Shown here: positions 1 to 12,570 of the stretch, in pieces | How the letters are laid out: each line of letters starts with the position of its first letter | Numbering within the stretch: position 1 is the stretch's first letter | The notes under the pieces: generated by a model | Database searches by the model: none | What the model was told of the DNA's origin: nothing | What the model saw: the letters and a program-made list of their open reading frames with translations, nothing else | NCBI GenBank assembly: GCA_025603075.1 | Contig: MU626262.1 | Span: forward strand, 186,001 to 250,000 | From: Neoconidiobolus thromboides FSU 785 | Lineage: Eukaryota; Fungi; Entomophthoromycota | DNA length: 64,000 bases | Direction of reading: 5' to 3' | Translations under genes and position numbers: made by a program

Positions 1-647
1 TGTAATTCAACAAGTGGTGATTTAAAATGCGCCAATGGATTATGTACTTCTAGAGATGCTCAATGTAAATCTAGATCTCAGGGTACTAATGTACTATTAA
101 GTAAAGCATGTTCAAATTTCAATAACGCTCCTTGTAAATTGACTTGTGCTTCAGAAGATTCTCTGTTAACATGCTATAGCATGGCGGGTGATTTCGCTGA
201 TGGTACCCAATGTGGTAATAATCAATTTTGTGATAAAGGGAAATGTGTTGGTGGTAACTTTTGTAAGTTTTGTATTATTTTAATTCAGTTTAGCTAATTT
301 TGTTTATAGTTGATACCATACTTACCTGGTTTCAAAATAATAAAATCATAGCGATTGTTGTTGGCGTTGGACTTGGTTTAATATTATTATCTTGTTTATG
401 CTCTTGTATATGTCGTGGGAAAAGAGCTTACAAGACTAGAATTACATCACAGCCACCGACCCCCTATCCTGGTGCTTACAATAATAATAATAGCTATCCA
501 TTAAATGGTATGAATCCACCTGCCAATTATATAGATCCTACGGCCTATAATGGCCCTGCACCGGCTTATTTCCCCCCTCCACCTCAAAGTCAACCACCAA
601 TAGGGCCCGGTGGTTTTGCTTATAATGCAAACCGTCCACCTCATTAA
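1..647 (+). CDS. ADAM-type metalloprotease, 3' part (Cys-rich/EGF-like region, TM helix, Pro-rich tail); 5' truncated by window
   Basis: Frame 1 from base 1 reads CNSTSGDLKCANGLCTSRDAQC...FADGTQCGNNQFCDKGKC. Intron 263-309 (gtaag...tag) joins it in frame to the TM segment IAIVVGVGLGLILLSCLC and a Pro/Tyr-rich tail. Confidence 0.85.
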
Positions 648-873
648 ATGGTAGTTGGGTCACTTTTTTGTTTATAATGGTAAATGTTGTTGTTTTGTTT
701 TTATAGGCTAAGTTTTAATAAAAAATTAGTATAAAATAAATAATCAAGAATAATGTATAATTTGAGTAAAAGTAAATTTATCTAAAATGGTATGTAACTA
801 ACAAGTGTTATAAATTTTTAAATTTGAGGTATTGAGAATTTTAACTTTAAGTTGACAAGTATATTAAACATAT

Positions 874-970
874 GAGAGTGTTTTTTGGCTTCATTACTTT
901 TTCCATCTTTTAAGCGCTATTTGGGTGGAAAAATTGTTAGTAAAATTCTTAAATACAAGAATACATCTCC
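874..970 (+). mobile_element. MITE family A copy 1
   Basis: Matches ~98-bp consensus GGGGATGTTTTTTTGGCTTCATTACTTTTTCCATCTTTTAAGCGCTATTTGAGTGGAAAAATTGTTAGTAAAATTCTTAAACACAAAAATACATCCCC. Confidence 0.9.
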
Positions 971-1203
971 GTATTATTTTTTACATTCATACTTTTGAAA
1001 GAATTTGTTCAAACGTTTTTAATACAATTATTTTCATTGAGCTATAATAAAATTGGTCACATTCTAATAAATCTTTGAACAAATCTTATCTTTAGTGTAA
1101 CTTCAAGTATCACTAATTGAGTTCTATATTTTTTGTCAAGTTTTATATAATATTGCTTACTATAAGACTTTATCAAATTATAAATTGAAAATAACAATGA
1201 TAT

Positions 1204-1301
1204 GGGGATGGATTTCTGTATTTAAGAATTTTACTAACAATTTTTCCACCCAAATAGCGCTTAAAAGATGGAAAAAATAATGAAGCCAAAAAAACAACCC
1301 C
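1204..1301 (-). mobile_element. MITE family A copy 2
   Basis: Reverse-complement copy with ATAT on both sides. Confidence 0.9.
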
Positions 1302-1791
1302 ATATAATATAGTGGCGAAAAATTAGTCTGTACTTTTATTAAAAAATTAAAAAATTAAAAAATGTATAAATTAATGAAAGTCAATAAAAAATAGTTTGTA
1401 TTTAATTATATTTAAGTTTCTTATTAATTGTGTTGAAAAAATTGAACATTATATTTAAGGAATGTTAAGATTTATTTCCCAATAATTTACAAGATTTATA
1501 TTTACATAAATTCAATGTATTGAAATAAAACAAATAACAGTGCTGTATAGCCCAAATCTGAATTAATTTTTCCTTTAAAAAAATACAATATTATATGAAT
1601 CTTTTTATATTTACCTTATTATTTATAATGGTGAAAAAAAGGCAGTTTTCCTAAATACTTCCCTTACGCAAATATTGAATAGTTTTCATATAAGTTTAAA
1701 AGCCCAGTTAAAAATAAGACAAAAACTTTCCAATTTCACTTCTTAGATCATTTTCTGTAGCGTAAAATTTCGAAAAAAATATTAAATAAAT

Positions 1792-1888
1792 AGGGATGCT
1801 TTTTTGATTTCGTTACTTTGCCATTTTTTAAGTGTTATTCGAGCGGAAAGGTTGTTACTGAAATTCCTAAATAAAAAAACATATTCCC
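1792..1888 (+). mobile_element. MITE family A copy 3 (diverged)
   Basis: agggatgc...gagcggaaaggttgttactgaaattcc...atattccc; flanks AAAT/AGAT. Confidence 0.8.
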
Positions 1889-2012
1889 AGATGTTGAGCA
1901 AAAAAACACCCTTATACGGTTAATCTTGAAATCGAGCAAAAAGAAACTATTTCTATATTACTGGTGGTTTCAATTTATTAAAAATCAGTTTGAATCAAAA
2001 TTTTAAACCTAT

Positions 2013-2109
2013 GAGAATGTTTTTTTTGGTTTCATTACTTTTTCCATTTTTTGAGCGTTATTTGAGCGGAAATTATCAGTAAAATTCTTAAACAAAAAAA
2101 TACATCCCC
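2013..2109 (+). mobile_element. MITE family A copy 4
   Basis: Consensus match ending tacatcccc. Confidence 0.9.
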
Positions 2110-5100
2110 TTATATAAAACGTCAATTTATTTTTGAAAGGATTATGAAAATTTTAATTTGCCTATATGTTGAAATTAAAAGGTATGGGTTCCTAAATGAC
2201 AGTATTTTGATATCAAAGCTTTACAGGTGAGTCTTTTGTCAATAGACCAGGGTACAGTAACTGATTTTTACTTCAGTGCTGTCCTAAAATACTAAAACAA
2301 TTAAGGAATAATAAAGGGATTAGATGTAAAAAGATTAAAGAATAATAGAAAAGACTAAAAATTAAAAAGCTTTGAATGAGTTTGAGTCCTATCTTAGTTT
2401 AACGTTGCACAATTCTAGAGCTTACAGTTGTGCTTTGATCATACCCCTCAACTATTTTTTTACTTTTATGTAAAGTTTACAATAGGTTACAAAGCTCACT
2501 ATAAGAAAATAAATGTTTGTTTTACACTAGATGTTTAATCTCTATAAAAGATTTACACATGTTTACTTTTTGCTATATTTTTCCAAATTTGATTATAGAT
2601 CTATAAAAACAATAGAAACTTCAATAGTATTATTACTGGTTATGCCTGCCATTAATCGATTTACCACATATTCATGAAGATTATCATATAGTACATTTTG
2701 AAAAATATAATAGTAAAGACTATCAATGATCGTAATAATTACTTTCAGGGTTTTATAATCTAAACTTATTAGATACTCTGAAGTACATAGTTGGTTTAAT
2801 GTCCTTTTAGTCCTTTATATCATATGGCTTGAGTACATTTAATAATAACGGCTGACGTGGGAACCTTATTATCAAATATTAACACCCTTGTTGATAAAAT
2901 AATAAATATTCATTATCTATCAAAACCGCTTATACCAAAATTTTATAGCATTAAAATCTATTTATAAAGAATAATAGTCACAGTTAAAGTTTTAAAATAA
3001 AAAAATAAATGAATTATTATAATAATTTAAACTTTTACTATCTAGCTCTCTTTTTAAATTGTTTTCCTCTTGTGGTTATTTTAGGATTTTAATCCGTTTG
3101 AGCAAATGAACAGTTTTTCAAATGTAGTGACTAGTTACTTTGAGACTTTTTCTTATCTTACCTGATTTAAGTAATAACTTTAGTAAACAGAGGACAAAAT
3201 CTAAAAGGTTTTGAGTACTAAAAAAACTTCTGTGATATTTATAAAATATACTTAACTTATAATTAACTATTTAAAATTAGAATTTACTACAGCTTTTCGA
3301 TTTAACCGTATATTACCTGACTAATTTATATTGCCTTGAAATTGAATGATGAATTTTAGTTGAAATTTAGTTTCTAGATTATTCTATTATAAGTATCTTT
3401 AAAATCACCTTGAAAACAGTGAATTGTAAAGTACATATGGATACTGGGCCTATCATATACACTCATTTGAATGTAATTTATTTGAAATAGTTTTTAAAAA
3501 ACTATTAGAACCTCAAGAACCCAGAACCTTTGTTAAATTAGAGTAGATCGATATTTGTAATTGATAAATTATTCTATTAGATGCCAATCAAATCGATATT
3601 TGTAATTGATAAGTTGTTCCTCTGTTAAATATCAATATACTATTTCTTTCTGATTTTTATAATTCCCATTCTTATAGATTGAATTATTCATGTGTGATAA
3701 AAATTATCTATTATTAAACACATGAAATCTATACATTCATTTATTAGTTTTTTCAATATTCTTCTTTAAGCTATGTTTGAGCTTAACAACTATCTTAAGC
3801 TTAATCATCATTTTAATATCTAAAGGATTTTGAATATTTGTATGGAACGCTGTGTTTGTAACATTAATATAGATTATAATATATTCAATAATTGTATAAA
3901 AAACAAAAAAAAATTTTCGCATTGTTAACTAATGTAGCATATTTACTTTTATAACTGTTTTAGTTAAAAATAGTAAAAAAATTGAATGTCAACAAAACCC
4001 CAATAAAACATAATAAACTTAAAATTCTACTTTTAGTTATGATCAGTATTCTTAAAATTTGTTCTTAAATTTAGCAGAATATCAAATGCGGGAAAACTAT
4101 TTACATCTCCTATATCATTGTTGCTTTTAGTAATGATTTTTACGCTCTCTATGTTTATTTATTAGAGGCTTAAAGTGAGATATACCTTTTCATCATTTAT
4201 GTCAAAAGAATAAATTATTGAGATTCATAATAATTTATATTGTTAAAATATCTAAAAATATCCTAAAAATGAAAAAATAAAAATTCATTATTGAGCTTTA
4301 GCTTAAAGGTTCATACACTATCTTGATCTAATTAACATAATAATAAGTTTAATTTAGTTACACAAAAAAGATACTTTTAATTTTTCACTTGAATTTTTAA
4401 TATTAAAGTTACTCGATTACCACAAGATAATTAAGGAGTAGATGAGAGTAATTCTTTTTCAGTTAAATCAAAAAGTATCCTATTTTATTAAAATAATATT
4501 TTTAACCATAATTTTATTATAGGGAATAAAAAAATTCTAAGCTTATAGTGAATAATTTATAAGCTATAGGCCTGTAAATGTACTAAAATATCGAATCATC
4601 TTCCATGTGAAGAAATAGTGGTAACCAATTTGTATTGAAGTTCTCAATTCCATACCTAGAATTGATAACTCATTCAATCCTCAAATTAGAAAACAACTCA
4701 TTAAAGTGATTAAATTGCACTGCAGAAACTTCTTGCTTTATAGTAAAAGCTGTTATTAAAGTGACTCTGTCATAAAATAAATCATTCCTTATCATAAAAT
4801 CTACTTTGGTTTTAACTAATTAAATACCCCATCTAACCTAAATGCTCACTTTAATTTAAAAGTTTCCCTGTTAAAGCTTTTCATTTATTTTATGACAAAG
4901 TCATTTTAATAATATAGATTGTTATGTATTATTTTGGAAAAAAGTTTAACATCAGAATCTTATGCATCACAGGCACAAAAAAGGACTTAACAAGTTGAAG
5001 AAAGTCGATTCCATTTAAGGAAATGGGAGTATTAATTAAAATCAGAAGCTATATCAAGTGAAAACATATAAAAGGATAGAAAAATACTACATTGAAAAAT

Positions 5101-5130
5101 TATCTTTTTGATAGCAAAGACAAACACAAT

Positions 5131-6594
5131 ATGGATAATAAAAATATCGGAAATGAAGTTGACCCAAATCATTTATTTAAACGTTTAGATAACCTCAACT
5201 GGAGTGCTTGGCACACAAAGTTGACTATTATCCTTGGTGTAGGTTGGGCCTTTGATTCTTTTGAGATTACTGTTGTATCTTCTATGCTTAAAAATTTGAA
5301 ATTATATTTCAACGTCAATGCCCAAGGAGCTGGTGCCATTACTACCGTATGGTTAATGGGTGCTTTAGTTGGTGCTTTAGGTTTTGGTTATTTCGGTGAT
5401 AGATTTGGAAGAAAGCTTTCTTTTGTTGTTACTATTTTATTTTACTCTTTGATGACTTGTATTACCGCCGCTTCCTTCCATTATCCTTTCTTTTTGGTAT
5501 TCCGTTTCTTAACTGCTGTTGGTGTTGGTGCTGAATATACTGCTGTAAATTCTACTATTTCTGAGTTCATTCCATCGAAGCATCGTGGTAAAGTCAATAC
5601 AATTGTTATGAGTTTTTGGGTTGTAGGTGCTTTAGTTGCTAATGCCATCCAATATCCTATTTTGCAATATTTAGACAAATCTTACAATTGGAGAATTGGG
5701 TTTGCCATTGGTGGATTAGCTGCTGTTTTTGTTTTAATTGTAAGGCATAAACTTCCCGAATCCCCCCGTTGGTTATTATCTCAGTCTCGTTACCAAGAAG
5801 CTGAGGAGGTAGTTACATTTATTGAAATGTCTTCTGGTCAAGCTAATAACAAATTTGAAACTCCACTATGTGAGAATTTGATTGCTTATAAGCCACATGA
5901 AAAGATGTCTTGGTTTGCTGTTGTTAAAAGTTTATTTGTTAAATACCCATTCCGTTGTGCATTTGGTATGATCATGAACGCATCCCAAGCATTTGCTGAT
6001 TATGGTGAATCCAATCTTATGTCTTTAGGTGTATTCGATAATGCTAATATCAAAGATGGTGACGTTTCATTGACATATTTATATGGTACTATTTGTTCTA
6101 TTGCCTCCTATATAGTTGCTGCTTATTTGATTGACAAAATTGGTAGAAAATTCCTTTTGCCAATTGTTTATACCAATGCCATTATCGCATCTATAGTGCT
6201 TATTCCAGCTTATTATTCTTCTAATGTCAAAGCAGCTATCCAAGGTGCGCATTGCTATTACATCTTTTCTTACTTTGCTGTTATGGGTACTGTATATCCA
6301 GCTATCACTGAAGCCTTCCCAACCCATTTGCGTGCTACTGGTATTGGAGTTTCAGTAGCTGCTGGTCGAGTCATTGCAGCTGTAGCCCCTTATATTTTAC
6401 TTGGTATTTATGATCCCGAAGGAAAAAGAGACGTTGTTGGATCAGCAGTATGTATTGCTGGTTTCTTAGCTACAGGTTTATTGATGTCTTTGTTCTGGTT
6501 CAAATATGGTATTGATGGTAAAGGCAAATCGCTTGAAGAGATGAATGGAGAATCTGCCGAAGTAGATGCTACCGACAAAGCCTTTAAAGCCTAA
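5131..6594 (+). CDS. MFS transporter, prokaryote-type metabolite:H+ symporter/SV2-like subfamily; intronless
   Basis: Long ORF with first ATG at 5131. Motifs RLDNLNWSAWH...LGVGWAFDSFE, GYFGDRFGRK, EFIPSKHRG, PESPRWL, IDKIGRK, EAFPTHLRATG; multiple TM helices. Confidence 0.9.
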   Translation: MDNKNIGNEVDPNHLFKRLDNLNWSAWHTKLTIILGVGWAFDSFEITVVSSMLKNLKLYFNVNAQGAGAITTVWLMGALVGALGFGYFGDRFGRKLSFVVTILFYSLMTCITAASFHYPFFLVFRFLTAVGVGAEYTAVNSTISEFIPSKHRGKVNTIVMSFWVVGALVANAIQYPILQYLDKSYNWRIGFAIGGLAAVFVLIVRHKLPESPRWLLSQSRYQEAEEVVTFIEMSSGQANNKFETPLCENLIAYKPHEKMSWFAVVKSLFVKYPFRCAFGMIMNASQAFADYGESNLMSLGVFDNANIKDGDVSLTYLYGTICSIASYIVAAYLIDKIGRKFLLPIVYTNAIIASIVLIPAYYSSNVKAAIQGAHCYYIFSYFAVMGTVYPAITEAFPTHLRATGIGVSVAAGRVIAAVAPYILLGIYDPEGKRDVVGSAVCIAGFLATGLLMSLFWFKYGIDGKGKSLEEMNGESAEVDATDKAFKA

Positions 6595-6987
6595 TACTAA
6601 TATGTGGATCATATAGGTTCAAACTTAAGTTGTTTCTTTTTAATAAATATTTAATATAATTTAACAAATTCGGAGGCCACCGTATTACATAATAACTTTC
6701 AAAATATTAAAAACTAGTTAAACTAATTTGTTCGAATGTCCATTGATTTTAAAAATAAGTTTAACTTGCTAAGAAGCTACTATAGTTATATTTATTAATC
6801 AAAGTCGAACTTCTGTATGCGTTGTTTTTAATTTAAAGGAGATGGATCCCAAATAACAACTTTATTAATATAATAAAGTCAATTAAATAATAGGATTAAA
6901 TGGCCAAGACGTGATAATATTTCTACGATTGTAGTTCTTTACTAATTGGAGCTCAGCAAAACTGAAATCCTATTCTCAAGCGATCCA

Positions 6988-7890
6988 TCATTCAGTAAAT
7001 ATGGTCTGAGCCAAAGGAACTAGTCTCTTTTGTAAAAAAGAAAGACAAGAAGGTAGGATGGAAGTTGGAAAAGTAAGCAACAATATCATTAATATCATAT
7101 ATATAATTATGTGGAAACAATGAATAGCCAAGATGTTATGATACCACAGGTTTTGGCTACTGAAGCATGTAGAGAATCGATACTCAACTGAGTCTTCAAG
7201 TGAACTACAATATGGGCAGTATAAATCCACTTCAGGTTTGTATATATGAATCTTGTTTTTGATAGAGAAAGCCCAATTAAACATTTTTACCAAATTCACT
7301 GCTCAATTGAATTTAGGCCATGTTAAGAAAGTTGAATGAGGAGGGGAGGTAGGTTTGTATAAAATTGAGCAACAGTCTTGATTAAACCACTTCTGTAGAT
7401 TCTTAGCAAGGTGGGAATTGAGCGTCATAACTCTAAGTTGTTTCATAAGATAACCAAGGATGGTTAACTACTTTAATACTGAATTGTTTGAAATTTTTAT
7501 ATTAAAGTTTTTCTCCAAAAAAGTTGGATCAAAAGTTTTGCTTAACTGGGTTAAATTTGAAGGGATAGCTCGTCAGATTTAGACTTTAGCAAAAAAATTC
7601 ATCTCTGCAAGTTGTAGTGTGTTTTTATTTTATGATAAGATGTGGAAGTTGCAATAGCTTTTTCTAGATTATGAAGATTTTTGTAAGTTGTATAGGAGAC
7701 CCAAAGTTGTATTTATTTATTTACTTTCAGAACGAAGCCTACCTAAGGAATCGAAGGTTTGGCTTCTCAGGTGAGTCGGATAACGATTGAGAGCAGCCAA
7801 CCACTAGAGTAACTCACCCCTAAATTATCATTTGTACTCGTGGTTAATATCTCAATAAAGAAGCCCATTCAACTTTCTAGAAGGGACAGC
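6988..7890 (-). mobile_element. Decayed non-LTR retrotransposon (LINE) ORF2 3' remnant with zf-RVT-like motif
   Basis: Minus-strand CPYCSSLEDSVEYRFSTC..LW zinc-knuckle pattern. Upstream broken frames include KVEWASL and WLAALNR, with stops and frameshifts. Boundaries approximate. Confidence 0.65.
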
Positions 7891-8006
7891 TGCGCTTTTG
7901 AACTTAAAAAACTTAGAATTTTATATACATTGCTTGTTTAATAACTTTTTTAAATAAAAATAGTAACAACAGGACTTTCTTATGCTTTTATAGACTTTAA
8001 ATATAA

Positions 8007-9291
8007 GGGGTTGTCTGAATTAGTTTCATTATTTTATCCAATTTTTGAAAAATTTTGTATTTTAAAAACTTCGCTTAAAATTTTGTAAAATCAAATCTTT
8101 TATTAAAACAAAAGTACCCGACACAGTTCTAAATCATTCTACTATAGCTCATACTGTAAGTTAGTTGAATTTCTACTAGATCTTAAATACATATTCTTAT
8201 AAAACTTTATTAAGAAATGTTTATTATTGACCACTTTATAACTAACATTGCAGATTTGTTATCAAATAAATAAACTATTTTAATCTTATAATTACATTAT
8301 TAATATATTGATAGCTAATGAATAGCCGCATGGGAGGCAGTAGTTAGCCCCAAAACTATAATTAACCATCCTTATGTAGTACAAGTAATATAACAATAGA
8401 TTCTACATATTATTACAATTACTTGCTCTTTGACTATTCATTAACTTAGCTATTAACAACTTAAGTAATCTTAACATTTGGGGCTGTTTTTTTTGGCTTC
8501 ATTACTTTTTCTATCTTTTAAGCACTATTTGAATGGAAAATTTGTTAGTAAAATTCTTAAACAAAAAAATGCATCCCCATATCTTCTATTTTACCTAATG
8601 CTTCAAAACTACTTTCCTATTTTGAAAGATTCCAAAATGTCCATCAATTATACTTTTTTCTAACTGTATACTGGGTACATATATTACATAAATCTGTTTT
8701 CCTTGCTGCGTTTTTAAAATTATTTGGTATATATTTAAAAGATGGTGACTTAGCTACTGCTTTATCTTTCAAATCATTAAAATATTTACTGTATATCATT
8801 CTTCTACTTTTATTTAACATATATATATATGTTATCTGATGAATATTTACTATCATTATTTTTTTTATTATAAAATTCCATAAACCTTGGGTTATTATAA
8901 GTAGCTCCTAAAATTAACGTAAATGAATTACAATGTTTGTATTGTGTGGTCCTCCCTATTATATTAAAATTTTCAAAAATCCCATTTCGAAGTTTAGTTA
9001 TGAAAGTTTGGATTTTACTTTTATTTCAACAAAAATAATGTTAAATAACTGTATTTATGTAATTATATAATCATATATATTATATATCTATTAAATATCT
9101 AACAGAAATAACATAAAAAATATAACTAGGAAAATCAGCTATTTAAGAAAAGGAAATAACTAAAATAAGTTTTAAATAAAGATATTTAATTTTAGGCTTT
9201 TTAGATTTAATTGTCACATTAGACACAGATTTAAAAATTTTAAATTTGAATTAACTTCCAAGTAAATTATAAAACCAATCCGGACAACCCC
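8007..9291 (-). mobile_element. Degenerate ~1.3-kb TIR DNA transposon with transposase-like remnant (Sola-like, tentative)
   Basis: ~28-bp imperfect inverted ends: GGGGTTGTCTGAATTAGTTTCATTATTT at 8007 vs GGGGTTGTCCGGATTGGTTTTATAATTT read from 9291. Internal ORF 8644-8856 reads SFKYIPNNFKNAARKTDLCNIC. Flanks do not form a clean TSD. Confidence 0.5.
8480..8578 (+). mobile_element. MITE family A copy 5 (nested in the TIR element)
   Basis: Consensus match; flanks ATTT/ATAT. Confidence 0.9.
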
Positions 9292-9476
9292 AATAAAGTT
9301 ACTAAAGTTGAGATTTTAAGTATCTTTACAAAGTGTTAAAAATTAAAATCGTGGTAAATCAAATATTTTAGAGAAAAGACTAAGCTTTATTTGATAATTT
9401 AACAAGTGTAATTGTAGAGTCGAATAGATTAGAGCAGGATAATGAAATAAGAAATTAAAATGTAATAATTCATTAT

Positions 9477-11042
9477 CTAGCCTTCTAAAAGTTGATCAAT
9501 AGTTTTACCTTTGGTTTCAGGAACAAAGAATAAAACACCAGCCGCAAATACAATAGCAATAACAGCAAATATAAGGAAAGTAAAAGCTTCAACTTGTTTC
9601 AAAATAGAAGGGAAAACTAGAGTAAATATAAAGTTAAATAACCAATTAGTAGCCATAGCTACTCCACTTGCAGCTGGCAATTGATCACTTGGGAATAATT
9701 CCGATACAATCATCCATGGAATTGGTCCAATTCCCAAAGCAAAGATAGCAATAAAGATGAAGATAAAGACGGCTACCATGACATCAATCGCTAATTTTAA
9801 GCCAACAGTTACTAGAATGGAACAAATTGCAGTGCTAATTAAAGTAATGATCATTAACCATTTACGACTTAATCGATCAGCAATAAGGATGAAAACAAGA
9901 GTAAATAAGATGAAGACTGCATCCGTTCCTAAAGCTAAATAAGCGGCATTTTCTTTACCAAAAGCGAGGGAGAAAATTGTAGCGGAATAAAATAAAATAC
10001 CATTAATACCGCACCATTGTTGAGCAATATGTACCATTATACATATTAACATATGCTTTAATAACTTTTTGTTATTTAAGATGACCTTGTATGGATTAAC
10101 TTTTTGACCTCCGTTGAGTTTATTTTGTCTATCAACTAAATCTTGAAATTCTTGAGTTGTATCATACCCACTTCTTAATTTAATTAAATTTTCTTTAGCT
10201 TGATCTAATTTCCCTTGAGAAATCAAATAAGCTGGTGTTTCAACACAGAATGGGAATAAACCTAATTGGATAAGTGATGGTATACCAGTAATAGCAAATA
10301 ACACACGCCATCCAGGGGCATAATTCAATGGAATACTAAATCCATGAGATAAAAATACTCCTGTTACTAACATAATTTGAAAAATTCCACCTAAAATATA
10401 AAATTAGCATTCATAATACTATATAAAATAAAATAACTACCCAAAGCTCCATGGCCTTTATGAGTGGCCACTTCACCGATATAAGTAGAGACGGTTACAA
10501 GAGAAACACCACTATTATTAAAATAGTTAACATTTATAACTTATATTAAATATGTTAATATAATTACCACCCCATACCACAAATAAATCGCCCAACTCCA
10601 AATTGGCCAAGAGTGGTAGAAGTACCAATTAAAATACCACCAACAATATAAAATATATTGTTAAATAAAATAGCGTTTCTTCTACCAAACCAAACCAATA
10701 ATTTGCTAGCCAATATAGCTCCACATAATCCACCTAAAGCCAATAAACTGATAATGACACCCCTGAAATTTTATTAGTTACATTCTATTATAAATACAAT
10801 TATCAGTAATTATACCATAATAATTCTCCAGCAGGCAAACAATCTGGAAAACCTTGGCTATCATAAATTTGTTGATCACATATACGAATTTTATGTTCTA
10901 CAATGTTACCCACGCCAATATTATAACCAACATTAAAAGTGGACAAAGCGGCTAAAGAACAGGTTACAATTAGATATTGATTCACTTTCATTTCTCGTGA
11001 ATCTTTAGCTTCATGTGTAAGTATATCCCCATTTTTCAACAT
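9477..11042 (-). CDS. Sugar porter family MFS transporter (GLUT-like), 4 exons
   Basis: Exons 11042-10816, 10762-10568, 10511-10441, 10390-9477 splice in frame. Motifs FGRRN, GRFICG, QQWCGINGILFY, PIPWMIVSELF, PETKGK. Confidence 0.92.
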
Positions 11043-11664
11043 TTTTGAATTGGAATATGCAATATTAGTTTATATACAATTAAAATGTAATGATTGTTTT
11101 TTTGATTTTTTATATGTAGATGAGATTCGATTTGAGAGTATTTATATACTATTCATTATAATATTTTATTTTTATACTTTTTGGATAAATTCATTAGTTT
11201 TTTTATAATGATCTCACATAACTTATACTAATAAAATGGTAAAATTAGCCGACACATTGCTCCTTAATTTTTATTATAAATCACAGCACTTAAACACCAT
11301 ATATTTTATTATAATTAACTATTCTTATCATCTTCAATTTTACCCTTGATTAATACTTTTTTATTTCAATCTTCAACATTAGCAGTGTTGCGCAACTAAC
11401 TTGCTGAAAGTCATTTTTTATTTTTAAATAAAATAAATTAATATTAGATATATATATTTAATATTAGATCTATATATTTAATATTAATATAAATAAATAC
11501 TTATGTTTTATACTCAACGATATCTGAAACTTGCTTTTTGATCAACTAGTCCTAACATCAAGCTATTAAAAACTAAAATATCTTTTTATTAATATCAAAG
11601 TAATCTTAGTAAGTGAAATCATTGACCTTTGATTATTTACACTAGGAAAGATCCCAGGTTGTTG

Positions 11665-11760
11665 TTCCTAAAACTTGATTTATTTAGTAAAACACGATAT
11701 TTGTTTACTTTATTTAGCAATAAAAAATCGTGTTTTACTAAATAAATTAGGTTTTGGGAA
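11665..11760. repeat. Fold-back palindrome with ~34-bp arms
   Basis: ttcctaaaacttgatttatttagtaaaacacgat ... atcgtgttttactaaataaattaggttttgggaa, ~28-nt loop. Confidence 0.85.
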
Positions 11761-12570
11761 TAGTCACTTGAAACTTCTCTCAATGTTGTTTAAAGAGTAA
11801 TTAGCCTAAATAACAAAAAAACAAGTATATATACTCGGTTGAAATGAGAAGATTAATTAAATAGTACAGTCTCGGCTAAAATGATAAGGTGGATCAATTA
11901 TACACATTCTTAATTACTATTTCCATGGGCTTATTAATAGATATTAAAAGGTATATTTTTGATGGTTGAAAATTAGTTGATAGGATCAAAGAAATGAAAT
12001 TCAATAAATTTTAAAATAATTCTAAGTATCGAATTGATTGTTTTATAAGTATGATTTTTCTAGATATACGAGTATAAGCTTGTTATTTTATTCTTATGCT
12101 TCTACCTTATTCTTGTGTTTCGAAAATCTTGCATTTAACTTCAATTCCTGAAACTTATAAAACCCTTAAAGTCTCATTTTTACTTTACTAGCCATCAAAA
12201 TTTTAAATTAGCAATGTATGTTTTATTAATAAAATATCCCGCTTTGACCTACCATATTATTATTTTCATCTAGATTCGATTACATCACATTCAACATTTA
12301 CATCAATTTCAATTAAAAATTTAAATAATTATAAATCAGACAATACATTGATTAACGATTTGAATACTAAATATGTTTTTTACCCAGGTTATAGTATATT
12401 GATTAGTTACCATTTTTATACGATTTTACATTTATTATCATATCGTATAATATAAAGCATGCAAGTAAATTCACTTGAAATTTAATAATACAATAATTGT
12501 ATTGCCCTTATGTATTGATGGTGATTTACTTATGTTGTTTGATGTCAATAACTGATATCTTGAATCATAT

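Noticed and set aside
3547-3612. 21-bp direct repeat atcgatatttgtaattgataa
   Set aside because: Only two units in very AT-rich DNA, with no associated structure.
5092-5130. TTG start of the MFS ORF, and similar TTG/GTG starts at 42975-44240 and 61412
   Set aside because: Eukaryotic context; the first in-frame ATGs (5131, 44141, 61499) are more plausible.
5481-6327. Antisense or alternative-frame ORFs inside real genes (also 9757, 18265, 18967, 21072-21578, 28708, 40462-40895, 41183, 61713-62707, 63263-63618)
   Set aside because: They are shadows of codon-biased coding sequence with no independent motifs.
8478-8663. Short ORFs 8478-8663, 12497-12736, 23684-23899 and 50074-50325
   Set aside because: They read through MITE copies, which explains their shared FFxxSLxFxxFKxYL peptide; they are not genes.
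10560-10625. Suspected frameshift in exon 2 of the sugar porter
   Set aside because: On recounting, the exon keeps the GRFICGMGCG frame and splices correctly.
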